Below are positions 8,188 through 16,978 of a stretch of DNA of 64,000 nucleotides, one piece after another; the stretch's first letter is position 1; each line of letters starts with the position of its first letter. This stretch comes from an uncultured Candidatus Bathyarchaeia archaeon. GTDB lineage: Archaea; Thermoproteota; Bathyarchaeia; Bathyarchaeales; Bathyarchaeaceae. A program made the position numbers and the translations under genes. The stretch covers positions 2,244-66,243 of the forward strand of contig CAYGBA010000001.1 in assembly GCA_964347995.1 (NCBI GenBank). Direction: 5' to 3'. The notes beneath the pieces were generated by a model. That model did no database searches. It worked only from the letters and a program-made list of their open reading frames with translations, and was not told the DNA's origin.

Positions 8188-8757
8188 ATGGCTTCGGCTA
8201 GGAATGATGCGGTTCAGAAGGTTTTGGCACTTATCCCAGCTGATGCCAAGGTCGGCGTTGGTGGATCTATGACGATCCGTGAACTTGGTCTTATGGAGGC
8301 TTTGACTGAGCGAGGAAATCGGTTTGTTCACCACTGGTTGCTGGATATATCTGTAAGGGACTGGCTTCCTTTTATGAGGGAGGCTCATAATTCTGATGTT
8401 TTCTTGTGTAGTAGCAATGCTGTGACGGAGGACGGGAAGCTTGTGAATGTCGATAGTACAGGCAATAGGGTTGCCTCTATGATATTTGGTCCTGATAAGG
8501 TGATTGTTGTTGCTGGACGGAACAAGATTGTGAGGAATATGGATGAGGGTCTCAAGCGCCTCAAAGAAGTAGCAGGTCCTCTTAATGCAAAACGGCATAA
8601 TATTGGGGAACTTCCATGTGTCAAGACAAGGGTGTGTGAAGAATGCGACTCTCCAAAGAGGATTTGCCGCGTGATAACCATCCTAGAGAGAGCTCCCAAC
8701 AGAATCAGAGAGTCACGTATTACGGTGGTACTAGTAGACGAGGACCTCGGCTTCTGA
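8188..8757 (+). CDS. LUD-domain (LutC/YkgG-like, DUF162) protein
   Basis: Size is 189 aa. The pattern VGVGGSMTIRELGL...FLCSSNAVTEDGKLVNVDSTGNRV...VIVVAGRNKIV is typical of LUD-domain proteins. Confidence 0.6.
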   Translation: MASARNDAVQKVLALIPADAKVGVGGSMTIRELGLMEALTERGNRFVHHWLLDISVRDWLPFMREAHNSDVFLCSSNAVTEDGKLVNVDSTGNRVASMIFGPDKVIVVAGRNKIVRNMDEGLKRLKEVAGPLNAKRHNIGELPCVKTRVCEECDSPKRICRVITILERAPNRIRESRITVVLVDEDLGF

Positions 8758-8846
8758 TAACGTTAAGAGGTTCCAAGAGCCCTAAACAGTGCATCTGGCG
8801 TCAAAAATAATGCTCACTGAGTATTTTTGTGAGCATGCGACATAAA

Positions 8847-9188
8847 CTAACATGTTAGATGAAAGGTCGCTACTGCTTTTTTCCCGGATTGGATGAGCTT
8901 GTTGTAGGTTTCGCAGGCTCGCTTGGTTGGCTGAATGACAAGCTCGATTTCTCTCTCCTCGATGTATCGCTTCGTCTCTGCAGGAACTTTCATCAAGGCC
9001 GAGTAGCCGGTGCCGACAACAAGCACATCAGGTAGCTTATCAACTACTTCTTCGATGTCTTCGATGTTTAATTGGTGACCCACTTTCCTCCGCCAACCGT
9101 CTTCAACACGATCTGGAAAGATGATGAGGTCGGTGGTGTACTCTTTCCCGTCGACGACTATACGGCCAAAATCGTAGGATTCGATCAT
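8847..9188 (-). CDS. Mth938-domain (DUF498) protein
   Basis: The 113-aa protein FGRIVVDGKEYTTDLIIFPDRV...W.RK.GHQL...DVLVVGTGYSALMKV...ATFHLTC matches the MTH938 family pattern. Confidence 0.7.
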   Translation of the reverse strand: MIESYDFGRIVVDGKEYTTDLIIFPDRVEDGWRRKVGHQLNIEDIEEVVDKLPDVLVVGTGYSALMKVPAETKRYIEEREIELVIQPTKRACETYNKLIQSGKKAVATFHLTC

Positions 9189-9323
9189 TAGATTTATTCT
9201 TCATGCAGTTTTTTTTGCATGGATGCACTTCGTCAGATTTCTTATAAAGCTTTGCGAAGTTTCAAAGCCAACGTGCAATTTCATTATTGAGGGAACCGCA
9301 TGTGGGAAAGCTTAAAACTATCG

Positions 9324-9335
9324 GATAAATTATTT
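9324..9335 (+). promoter_or_regulatory. A/T-rich TATA-like element (gataaattattt) about 20-25 nt upstream of the tRNA 5' end
   Basis: Called from its position relative to tRNA start 9352. Confidence 0.3.
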
Positions 9336-9351
9336 GTTGGTGCTCTGGGAG

Positions 9352-9490
9352 GCTCCGGTAGAAGAAAGAGGAAAACCTTCTCTGCCGAATATAGCCAGGT
9401 TAAACACCTTCGGTGAGCCAAGTATTCCGGCCTTTCGCCACAACTAGTGGAAGAGAGCCGGAGACCCGGGTTCGAATCCCGGCCGGAGCA
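9352..9490 (+). tRNA. tRNA-Glu(UUC) precursor, 139 nt, apparently with two introns
   Basis: - Acceptor stem: GCTCCGG (9352-9358) pairs with CCGGAGC (9483-9489); the discriminator is A.
- T arm: CCGGG-TTCGAAT-CCCGG (9466-9482).
- Anticodon stem: CCGGC (9427-9431) pairs with GCCGG (9457-9461). The loop is C-T-TTC-G, so the anticodon TTC is at 9434-9436.
- Canonical intron: an 18-nt insert (9438-9455) lies at position 37/38.
- Variable loop: 4 nt (AGAC), as in archaeal tRNA-Glu.
- Second insertion: the D arm GAAG-loop-CTTC (9361-9380) is separated from the anticodon stem by about 45 extra nt (about 9382-9426).
- Both ends match the archaeal tRNA-Glu consensus I recall (GCUCCGG...CCGGGUUC.AAUCCCGGCCGGAGCA). 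Confidence 0.8.
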
Positions 9491-9738
9491 CTAATTTGAT
9501 TTCGTCTTTTTCTTCCATAATAGGAGTTTGGGCTTGGAAGCCCTCATAATTTCTGAGTAGGAGTATATGCTACAGCTCCTTCTCAGGTTAGCAATCAAAA
9601 CGGGGTTTGACTGTGTCTAAGAAGTTTGAGGAAGCGTAACTAGATTTGGAAACAACGTTTGGAATAGCTAGCGAAATTGTTTAAGGCTACAGGTTTTTAT
9701 TTTACTGTGCTTAGTCAAGTGGTAACGGAGAGTTCAAG

Positions 9739-10176
9739 ATGCCTCATAAGAAGAGGAAAATCAGAAAGAAACGTGGTTCAAGAACACATGGATACGGTGT
9801 TATAGGTCAGCATAGAGGCGGAGGACAGCGGGGCGGCCGAGGAAAAACTGGAGGCAAGAAACACAAGTGGACCCACACGGTGAAATACGCTCCAAAACGA
9901 TTCGGGAAATACGGATTCAAATTACCAATAAGAAGAGAGGTACGTGCAATTAACGTTGGCGAACTGGATCAACAAATCAGCGAACTAATAACCAACAAAA
10001 AGGCCAAGAAGACAAAGGAGGGCGTCACGGTAGATCTGGATAAGCTCGGCTTTGAAAAACTTCTTGGGAGAGGACAGGTCACACAACCGCTCATCATACA
10101 AGTAGATTCCCACTCCGAGTCCGCAGCCCAGAAAATAGAGACAGCTGGAGGCAAAATAGTAAAATCCGAACAATAA
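9739..10176 (+). CDS. rpl15: 50S ribosomal protein uL15 (L15P/L27a family)
   Basis: The basic N-terminus KKRKIRKKRGSRTHGYGVIGQHRGGGQRGGRGKTGGKKHKW is typical of uL15. Size is 145 aa. Confidence 0.85.
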   Translation: MPHKKRKIRKKRGSRTHGYGVIGQHRGGGQRGGRGKTGGKKHKWTHTVKYAPKRFGKYGFKLPIRREVRAINVGELDQQISELITNKKAKKTKEGVTVDLDKLGFEKLLGRGQVTQPLIIQVDSHSESAAQKIETAGGKIVKSEQ

Positions 10177-10319
10177 TCCTTATCGGACATCTGCGTCAAG
10201 CAGTTACAACCTACTTTTGCCAGACAGAATTTCAACGCGTATTGCTCATCTTGTGTAATCATTTTTTATATGAGGAGCCATCTATTGCGCACAACGTATA
10301 ATGCCTGGAGGATAGGAGA

Positions 10320-11540
10320 ATGTCCTTTAAGAGAAGATTACTCATGTTGCCAGGCCCCAGTGAGCCTTATCCAGAGGTTCTAGAGAAGCTTCAACATCAA
10401 GTTCTCCCACACTATGGACCTGACTGGAAAGAAGCGTTCAGAAAAGTGCGCGAAGATCTGAAGAAGATTTTCCAAACAAAGGGAGAAATCATACTATATC
10501 CTGGCTCGGGCGAGTCAGCAACCCACATGGTCGCCGCAAACATGGTTAAGCCTGGAGACAAGGTGATAACCCTCACGAATGGAATCTTCGGAGAATACAT
10601 CAACACGGCTGTGGAAGCTTTCGGTGGAAATCCCATACTAGTATGGGAGAGTTTTGGGAAGGCCATAGACCCGGAGAAAGTGAGGAAAGTTGCGATAGAG
10701 GAGAAAGACGCAAAGGCCATCTTCGTGGTGCACGTCGAGACCTCGTCTGGAGTGCAGAACCCGATTAGGGAAATCGGTGAAATCGCCGAAGAAACTGGCA
10801 AAACCTACATAGTCGACGCGATAGCGTCGCTAGGAGGTTCTGAGTTGAGGATGGATGAGTGGAACATAGACATCTGCCTGGGCTACGCTAGTAAAGCCTT
10901 AGGTTCCATACATGTTCTTTCTCCGATAGCTGTAAGCATGGAAATCTGGGAGAGCATCGTGGAGAAGCCTCGATACATTAAGCCCTACTTCGTAGATTTC
11001 TCAGCGTGGAAGTACAGGAGCTGGGGTGGCGGTCACCCAGTCACCATGCCGACGATGAACATTCTAGCCCTCAGCAAGGCTGTGAAGATAGCATTAAGAG
11101 AAGGTTTGCAGAGCCGTTTCAGAAGACACTATGTCGCTGGGGAGGCGGTGAGGGCGGGAGTTAGGGCTATGGGCTTAAGCGTCCTCCCAGAAGAGGATGA
11201 TGCGGCTGGAACGGTCACAGCTGTAAAAGTCCCCATGGGCACCGAAGACAAGATAAGGAGCCTGATGATGGAGAAGTTCAACATAATGATTGGGGGAAGT
11301 TTAGGAGACTTGGCGAAGGGTAAGGAGACTTGCGGCAAAGGAGAGCTGATAAGGATTGGACACATGGGGCTGGTAGCCTCACCAGAATACATAGTCCCAA
11401 CCCTAGCAGCTCTAGAAGAAGTCCTGCCAAAAATAGGTTTCCACCCAAAAGGGTCCGGAGTGGAAGCCGCGCTGGAAGTATTCAAGCAACAACCAAAAGA
11501 GTGGATAAATGGAATCATCGCACGACTCATGGAAAGATAA
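10320..11540 (+). CDS. Class V PLP-dependent aminotransferase (serine-pyruvate/alanine-glyoxylate aminotransferase-like)
   Basis: Size is 406 aa. Supporting segments are GSGESATHMVAANMVKPGDKV, VHVETSSGVQNP, IVDAIASLGG and GYASKALGS (PLP lysine context). Confidence 0.7.
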   Translation: MSFKRRLLMLPGPSEPYPEVLEKLQHQVLPHYGPDWKEAFRKVREDLKKIFQTKGEIILYPGSGESATHMVAANMVKPGDKVITLTNGIFGEYINTAVEAFGGNPILVWESFGKAIDPEKVRKVAIEEKDAKAIFVVHVETSSGVQNPIREIGEIAEETGKTYIVDAIASLGGSELRMDEWNIDICLGYASKALGSIHVLSPIAVSMEIWESIVEKPRYIKPYFVDFSAWKYRSWGGGHPVTMPTMNILALSKAVKIALREGLQSRFRRHYVAGEAVRAGVRAMGLSVLPEEDDAAGTVTAVKVPMGTEDKIRSLMMEKFNIMIGGSLGDLAKGKETCGKGELIRIGHMGLVASPEYIVPTLAALEEVLPKIGFHPKGSGVEAALEVFKQQPKEWINGIIARLMER

Positions 11541-11587
11541 AACTAGACCAAGGCATAACCATTCTTTGCGGATGACCAAATGGACGC

Positions 11588-12481
11588 CTAGCAAACCTCA
11601 ATGACTTTCAGTATTTCTTTTATCTCTTTCTTCTCGTCTTCCTCCAGCGGTGCTGTCGGTTTTCGGGGATAACCACCCAGTAAACCCTTCATGGTCAATG
11701 CTGCCTTTATCGCAGAGAGTTGATTATGCCTTCTGATGAGAACCTCATTTATGTAAGAAATACATCCTTGTAATTTGCTTGAGTATTCAAACTTTCCTTC
11801 TTTGAAGTTCTCATACAAGGCGCTACATTGTTTGGGAGCTACGTTTGCCACCGCAATTAAGGCGCCTTTTCCTCCAAGCATTAACGTTGAGAGAGCAACG
11901 TCGGCTGTACCGGCTAGCACCGACACTTTGTCACCCACTAATCTGATGAGCTCTGCTATTTGACTTAGGTTTCCGCTGCTATCTTTTATTCCAATAACAT
12001 TTTCGTATTCAGAAACAAGTTTGTAAACTACGCTTGGGTCCAGAGAGAATCCTGTAAATTTTGGAACGTTATAGATGACAATTGGTAAGTCAACTGCTTC
12101 TAGTAAAGCGCTGTAATGGTCATGAATCTCTTTGCTTGAATGCTTATAATAGAATGGTGTTACAACAAGAGCCGCATCCACCCCTACACTCATTGCATCT
12201 TCAGTTAATTGAATCGTTTCCCGCGTGCTTATAGCTCCTGTTCCAGCGATTACAGGGACCTTGCCATCGGCTTCTTCTACAACAACTTCAATAACTCTCT
12301 TCCTTTCTTCTCTCAGGAGATAGGGGGCCTCACCGTTGCTTCCGCAAGGAACAAGTCCAGAAAGTCCTCCTTCAACCCAAAATTGTACACATTGCCGCAG
12401 CGCATTCTCGTTTATTTCTCCGTTTCGTCTAAAGGGAGTTATATGCGGTACAAAGACTCCTTCTAATATTGGCTTGGCCAT
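11588..12481 (-). CDS. DapA-family class I aldolase (4-hydroxy-tetrahydrodipicolinate synthase or KDG-aldolase-like paralog)
   Basis: Size is 297 aa. Motifs are PCGSNGEAPYL, VIYNVPKFTG and IGIKDSSG. This is the second DapA-family member in the window. Confidence 0.75.
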   Translation of the reverse strand: MAKPILEGVFVPHITPFRRNGEINENALRQCVQFWVEGGLSGLVPCGSNGEAPYLLREERKRVIEVVVEEADGKVPVIAGTGAISTRETIQLTEDAMSVGVDAALVVTPFYYKHSSKEIHDHYSALLEAVDLPIVIYNVPKFTGFSLDPSVVYKLVSEYENVIGIKDSSGNLSQIAELIRLVGDKVSVLAGTADVALSTLMLGGKGALIAVANVAPKQCSALYENFKEGKFEYSSKLQGCISYINEVLIRRHNQLSAIKAALTMKGLLGGYPRKPTAPLEEDEKKEIKEILKVIEVC

Positions 12482-12673
12482 GCACCTCTCGACCTTAGTT
12501 CTGATATGTCACAAGATCTTAAATTTTTATGGAATGCCCGATCGTGAGGGAGCATCGTCTATAGCTTGGTCTAGAAGATGGACTAAGATGACATGGGTGC
12601 AAGCTCACGCTCGAGGATGTTTAAGATTCTGCTCGCATGACGTACATTCATATCTTTCCAGCTGATTGCAAGC

Positions 12674-12681
12674 TTTATAAA
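12674..12681 (+). promoter_or_regulatory. TATA box (TTTATAAA) 30 nt upstream of the amidohydrolase ATG
   Basis: The sequence agctttataaacaac lies at a spacing consistent with a very short leader. Confidence 0.35.
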
Positions 12682-12711
12682 CAACTTTAGCCGCCCAACC
12701 TAATCTACGAG

Positions 12712-13989
12712 ATGGATAACATGCCCGTTAGAAAGAAGGCGATTAAGGCGATTGAAGGAAGATTAATTGACGGGACCGGAAGCACTCCAACTAGAAAAGC
12801 TATCGTTGTAATAGAAAAAGAAAAAATCAAAGAAGTGGGCAAGGCAAGCGAAATCAAGATTCCAGATGGTGCAGAGCTGATAGATGCTTCAGGCAAGACT
12901 GTCATGCCAGGGTTAATAGATTCTCACATGCATTTCATGGGCTTGGTGAGTGACAAATTTGTTGAGGAAAAAATTGTAAGACCCATAGAACTTGGAATCA
13001 TAAAAGCGGTTTTTGACGCCAGAGACCTCCTAGAAGCTGGCTTCACCACCGTAAAGGACTGCGGAAGCAGGGGAGGCCTCTTTCTAAAGAAAGCGATCAA
13101 AGAAGAATGGTCAAAGGGAATTATTAAGGCTCCAAGAGTGTTAGCAGCTGGCCGCGCTCTCAGCCAGACCTTCGGTCACGGAGACGCACACTATCTTCCA
13201 ATAGAATACGCCAGACAGCTCAATCCATGCATATGCGACGGAGTTCCAGAATGCCTTAAAGCAGCTCGTCTAGCTCTCAGGGAAGGCGCAGACTTCATAA
13301 AAGTGATGACCAGTGGAGGGGTAATGTCTCAACGAGATCGACCAGAATATACGCAGTTCACGCTGGAAGAAATCAGGGCTATTGTTCGGGAGGCAGAGAA
13401 GGTGGGAACATTCGTAACTGCACATTGCCAAGGAACCGAGGCTATAAAGCTCTCCATCAAAGGTGGAATAAGAACAATCGACCACGCCTTCTATCCAGAT
13501 GAAGAAGCGATAGAAATGGCAATCAAGAAGAACGTCGCTTTCGTTCCAACACTCTCAATAAACCAACAAATAGTAAAAGGCGGGGTAGAAGCAGGTTATC
13601 CTCCATGGGCAGTGGAAAAGGCGGAGGAAGCTTGGGAAGAAGTTTGCAGGAATATCGAGAAGTCACATAGAGCTGGCGTACCCATCTGTGCAGCCACCGA
13701 CTTCTGTGGTTCTCCACTTCTGAAATTTGGCAAAAACGCTATGGAACTTGAGCTACTTGTCAAGAAATGTCATTTCAAGCCCCTTGAAGCTATTGTAGCT
13801 GCTACCAAAAACGCTGCTGAATTCGCATGCAACTTAGGAGGCAAGATTGGAACAATAGAGGAGGGGAAATTTGCCGACATCATTGTTGTGGAAGGAGACC
13901 CACTGAAAGACATAACGATTCTACAAGACTTAGAAAAGATAAAGATGGTAATGAGAAAAGGGGGAATAGAAGTCAATCGAGGATTATAA
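12712..13989 (+). CDS. Metal-dependent amidohydrolase superfamily protein
   Basis: PGLIDSHMHF (HxH metal motif), a later TAHCQG and IDHAF histidines, and a C-terminal ATDF aspartate context. Size is 425 aa. Confidence 0.75.
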   Translation: MDNMPVRKKAIKAIEGRLIDGTGSTPTRKAIVVIEKEKIKEVGKASEIKIPDGAELIDASGKTVMPGLIDSHMHFMGLVSDKFVEEKIVRPIELGIIKAVFDARDLLEAGFTTVKDCGSRGGLFLKKAIKEEWSKGIIKAPRVLAAGRALSQTFGHGDAHYLPIEYARQLNPCICDGVPECLKAARLALREGADFIKVMTSGGVMSQRDRPEYTQFTLEEIRAIVREAEKVGTFVTAHCQGTEAIKLSIKGGIRTIDHAFYPDEEAIEMAIKKNVAFVPTLSINQQIVKGGVEAGYPPWAVEKAEEAWEEVCRNIEKSHRAGVPICAATDFCGSPLLKFGKNAMELELLVKKCHFKPLEAIVAATKNAAEFACNLGGKIGTIEEGKFADIIVVEGDPLKDITILQDLEKIKMVMRKGGIEVNRGL

Positions 13990-14030
13990 ACCCTCAATAT
14001 CCCCTTTTTATTTCTGTTGGAAGAGATTCG

Positions 14031-15260
14031 ATGTCTCCACCTCTGATTTGGATGGGATTCTTCCTTGCACTCGCCGTTCTACTACTTGTCTCCAGAAGAA
14101 ATTTCGCCGCGGCCATGTTTCTAGGAGCGCTCATTCTGGCAGTTTTCACCATACCTTTCAATGAGATAGCCCCGCCATTCATTTCAGCTTTTACAGACCC
14201 ATCTACAATGTTGTTGGCCATAGCTGTGGGTTTGATCCCTATTATAGGGGGCATATTGAAGGACACTGGACAAATGGACAATTTAGTTAAGAACATGAAG
14301 ATAGGGAAGAAGGCCTTTCTTGCAGTTTCTCCAGCGTTGCTAGGAATGCTTCCTATGCCTGGAGGCGCCCTACTTTCTTCTCCAATGGTGGAAAAAGCAG
14401 GTGAGGGGATATCAAGGGAGAAGAAATGTGCTCTCAACGTATGGTTTCGTCATATTCTGTTTCTCATATATCCTTTGACCCCCGCCTTGATTGTCTCCGT
14501 CAGAATCGCTAACGAGGAGTTGCAGAAAAGGGGGATTACCAGTGTTTCTCTTGATCTTTACCAAGTCCTACTATATCTGGCACCCTTCTTTCTTTTGTCC
14601 ACCCTTTTTGGGTATGTTTTCTTTCTTCATAAGATCAAAGGAGAAATTGACTATGAACAGAAACCTTCCTTGGATAGGGTTCTTCTACCTTTGACTGCGA
14701 TCTTGATCGCTCCAATCCTAGATTTCCTAATCAAAACCTTGTTTGCTCCTTCTATTCCTGAAGCAGCTACGCTGATCGCTATAACAAGCAGCTTGATTCT
14801 CGTCGTGATCATTGGAAGATTGGGAGCTAGAGATTTTGGCAAGATCGCTTGGAAGTCAAAACCATGGGATTTCGCCTTCATAATCGTGGGGATGGCAGTT
14901 TTCCTTAATGTATTCAGAATCTCTGGCATTCCAACGCTGATACAGAGCCTTCAGATCACTCCAGTGATTCTTTGCGTCGTAATAGGTTTCTTGCTTGGTT
15001 TTGCTACCGGCAGAATACAAACGCCTGCCTTAATCATTATCCCCATATTTTTCACAAAGGGATGGATTCTATCTGCTCCGGTCTTTGCTATAATGTTCTT
15101 CAGCATTTTTCTTGGTTATGCTCTCACACCTGTCCACCCATGCGTTTCTTTATCCGCTCAGTTCTTCCATGTGGAAATCAAAGATTTCCTGAAGGCAATC
15201 TTTCCTCCTACATTGATCGGCTTTGTGGTTAGCTTCATTCTGCTTTCCGTTATTTCGTGA
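14031..15260 (+). CDS. Polytopic membrane protein, DUF401/ion-transporter-superfamily-like permease
   Basis: Hydrophobic throughout, with at least 10 predicted TM stretches by eye, and MLPMPGGALLSSPMV. The ORF track starts at 13827 inside the upstream gene. I prefer the ATG at 14031 (MSPPLIWMGFFLALAV), just after the amidohydrolase stop. Confidence 0.6.
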   Translation: MSPPLIWMGFFLALAVLLLVSRRNFAAAMFLGALILAVFTIPFNEIAPPFISAFTDPSTMLLAIAVGLIPIIGGILKDTGQMDNLVKNMKIGKKAFLAVSPALLGMLPMPGGALLSSPMVEKAGEGISREKKCALNVWFRHILFLIYPLTPALIVSVRIANEELQKRGITSVSLDLYQVLLYLAPFFLLSTLFGYVFFLHKIKGEIDYEQKPSLDRVLLPLTAILIAPILDFLIKTLFAPSIPEAATLIAITSSLILVVIIGRLGARDFGKIAWKSKPWDFAFIIVGMAVFLNVFRISGIPTLIQSLQITPVILCVVIGFLLGFATGRIQTPALIIIPIFFTKGWILSAPVFAIMFFSIFLGYALTPVHPCVSLSAQFFHVEIKDFLKAIFPPTLIGFVVSFILLSVIS

Positions 15261-15274
15261 AAGAGTGAAAAACC

Positions 15275-15877
15275 TTGAAGGAATCGGAAGGGTTTAGGCG
15301 GGTTATCCTTGTTACTGGGACACCGGGTGTGGGAAAGACCGTCGTATCCCGTTTGTTAACGTCAAAATTGAAGGGACTACGTATCGACTTGGCGGATCTT
15401 GTCAAGCAGGAAGAGCTGACTAGCGGCGTTGATGAAGCGAGGAAAACGCTTATTGCGGATATGGAAAAGGTTTCAAAAAGGACGCTGGAAATTATACAGG
15501 ATTGCGAAGGGGATGTTATAGTTGATGGTCACTATGCTGTGGATGTTGTGCCAGCGGAGGATGCGCACTTGGTCTTTGTTTTGAGGAGACATCCCGATGA
15601 ACTAAAGATGTTTATGGAGAAACGTGGATTTAGAAACAGGAAGCTCTGGGAAAATCTCGTTGCCGAAATCTTGGATGTTTGTCTCTCTGAGGCAGTGGAA
15701 GCTTGCGGTGTTGATAAAGTGTGCGAGATTGATGCCACCGGTAGAGGCACTGAAGGGGTAGTGGAGAATATGATTCAGATTTTGGAAGATAAAGAGGAAT
15801 GCAGGGTCGGTGTGGTTGACTGGTTGAGGAAACTTGATGAAGAGGGACGGCTGGACGAGTTTCTAAGACATTTCTAG
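15275..15877 (+). CDS. Fap7/AK6-type adenylate kinase-like NTPase
   Basis: P-loop ILVTGTPGVGKTVVSRLL and an archaeal Fap7-like size of 200 aa. It has a TTG start 14 nt after the upstream stop. Confidence 0.65.
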   Translation: MKESEGFRRVILVTGTPGVGKTVVSRLLTSKLKGLRIDLADLVKQEELTSGVDEARKTLIADMEKVSKRTLEIIQDCEGDVIVDGHYAVDVVPAEDAHLVFVLRRHPDELKMFMEKRGFRNRKLWENLVAEILDVCLSEAVEACGVDKVCEIDATGRGTEGVVENMIQILEDKEECRVGVVDWLRKLDEEGRLDEFLRHF

Positions 15878-15878
15878 A

Positions 15879-16217
15879 TTATCCCAGCCTACGTAGGATC
15901 TGACGCTTTGTGAGCAGACTGATGGCTCGACGATTTGCGTAGGCCTTTGCGTGGCCACTGAATTTCTGGGAAACCATTATCGGATTAGGCAAACCCACAT
16001 CTGCCGATGCCTTATCTAGGCTTATCACCATGTTGACGCCCACAGTTCTCTTCCAGTCCTTTATCTGAACCAAGCGTCTTTCATTGCCTTTGTGAATGAC
16101 GAGATCGAATCTATGTGGCAGTCCGGAAAGGCCCTCTAAAACGGTGTCTCTCTCTATCTTGTACCCTTCATGTCTAAAACATTTGGTTGCAAGATCGACG
16201 ATAGAAGCCTTACTCAT
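15879..16217 (-). CDS. Small PD-(D/E)XK (restriction-endonuclease-fold)-like protein
   Basis: Size is 112 aa. GYKIERDTVLEG.SG.PHRFDLVIHKGNERRLVQIKDWK resembles the D...(E/Q)xK core of Mrr-cat-like nuclease-fold proteins. Motif-level evidence only. Confidence 0.4.
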   Translation of the reverse strand: MSKASIVDLATKCFRHEGYKIERDTVLEGLSGLPHRFDLVIHKGNERRLVQIKDWKRTVGVNMVISLDKASADVGLPNPIMVSQKFSGHAKAYANRRAISLLTKRQILRRLG

Positions 16218-16633
16218 CTGTCTTGTCCTCTTACTGCAGTTATGCGCGCGTTGGGAAAAAGCTTTTCGCCGAAAAGAGAGCCTTTTAGAATTCTGAGTTA
16301 CTTATGCAACCCAGTGTTCGATTCTTGCGAGTAAGATTGGATCACCTACAGCTGTAAAGCCGAAGTTCGTCGCGCTTACATTGTGAAAAACCGTAGAGTG
16401 CGCGTCTCCTAATTAAGGGTTGCTGGAAAAAATGCGCCCGTTCAAAAGAAATGTTTAATCTGATTCTTATTGGGCCTTTTTTCCTGAACTGATTGTGCGA
16501 CAGATTTTTATCTAAATTTACCACGATCTAACATTCTGAGAGTAGTAAAGCCGTTGTCGTTTTACTGATTCTTACTTCATAAATGATAAATCAATTGCAT
16601 GCCTGCAACGTAAAGCACGTGCATATGAGTTAG

Positions 16634-16963
16634 GTGCATACTGCCGTACATTTGGGGAATTGTTGGATGGTAGACAAGGCTGAAATTTCAGGATATGTTG
16701 TCTTGATTGTAGGCGTGGCTCTGTTGGTTTTCACGTTCATTAACGCCTATCTTTTCCTCATAGGAGTGTTGAATATCTCAATCGGGGATTGGGTGGCCGA
16801 ACTTGGGGAGCTTTTAGGTCCGTTGGTCGAAACTTGTATACGAGTAATGTACCTTGGCATAATGGGATGGATCGGCGCTTTACTAACCAAAAGAGGAATA
16901 GACTTCCTTTCCAAGCTTCCGCGAGGAGTCAAGAAGGAAGCTGAGAAGAAATCTGGCGACTGA
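16634..16963 (+). CDS. Small membrane protein (2-3 TM), unknown function
   Basis: Hydrophobic segments are GYVVLIVGVALLVFTFINAYLFLIGV and VMYLGIMGWIGALL. It is the first gene of a tight three-gene unit. Confidence 0.5.
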   Translation: MHTAVHLGNCWMVDKAEISGYVVLIVGVALLVFTFINAYLFLIGVLNISIGDWVAELGELLGPLVETCIRVMYLGIMGWIGALLTKRGIDFLSKLPRGVKKEAEKKSGD

Positions 16964-16978
16964 AGGAAAGAAGGGCTG

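Noticed and set aside
8143-8598. Long antisense ORFs overlapping well-supported genes. Examples: 8143-8598, 19191-19574, 20250-20618, 31825-32334, 32175-32579, 42039-42743, 56997-57584, 58344-58958, 13994-14437
   Set aside because: - They are shadow ORFs opposite genes with clear family motifs.
- Their translations are Arg/Ser/Pro-rich or low-complexity and carry no recognisable motifs.
9340-9491. Alternative tRNA acceptor pairing GTGCTC (9340-9345) with GAGCAC (9486-9491)
   Set aside because: - It would put the T arm at the wrong distance from the 3' strand.
- The GCTCCGG/CCGGAGC stem starting at 9352 gives canonical geometry and matches archaeal tRNA-Glu. This is probably leader/trailer pairing at most.
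13827-14030. ORF-track 5' extension of the membrane protein overlapping the amidohydrolase 3' end
   Set aside because: - The extension translates to arginine-rich, non-membrane sequence and overlaps 160 nt of a well-supported gene.
- The ATG at 14031 starts right at the first TM segment.
16218-16633. 415-bp spacer examined for a structured ncRNA (SRP RNA, RNase P RNA, C/D box sRNA)
   Set aside because: - I found no conserved SRP or RNase P motifs and no C box (RTGATGA)/D box pairing at sRNA spacing.
- Only short hairpins and palindromes are present. It is kept as context in the membrane-operon finding rather than called as a feature.
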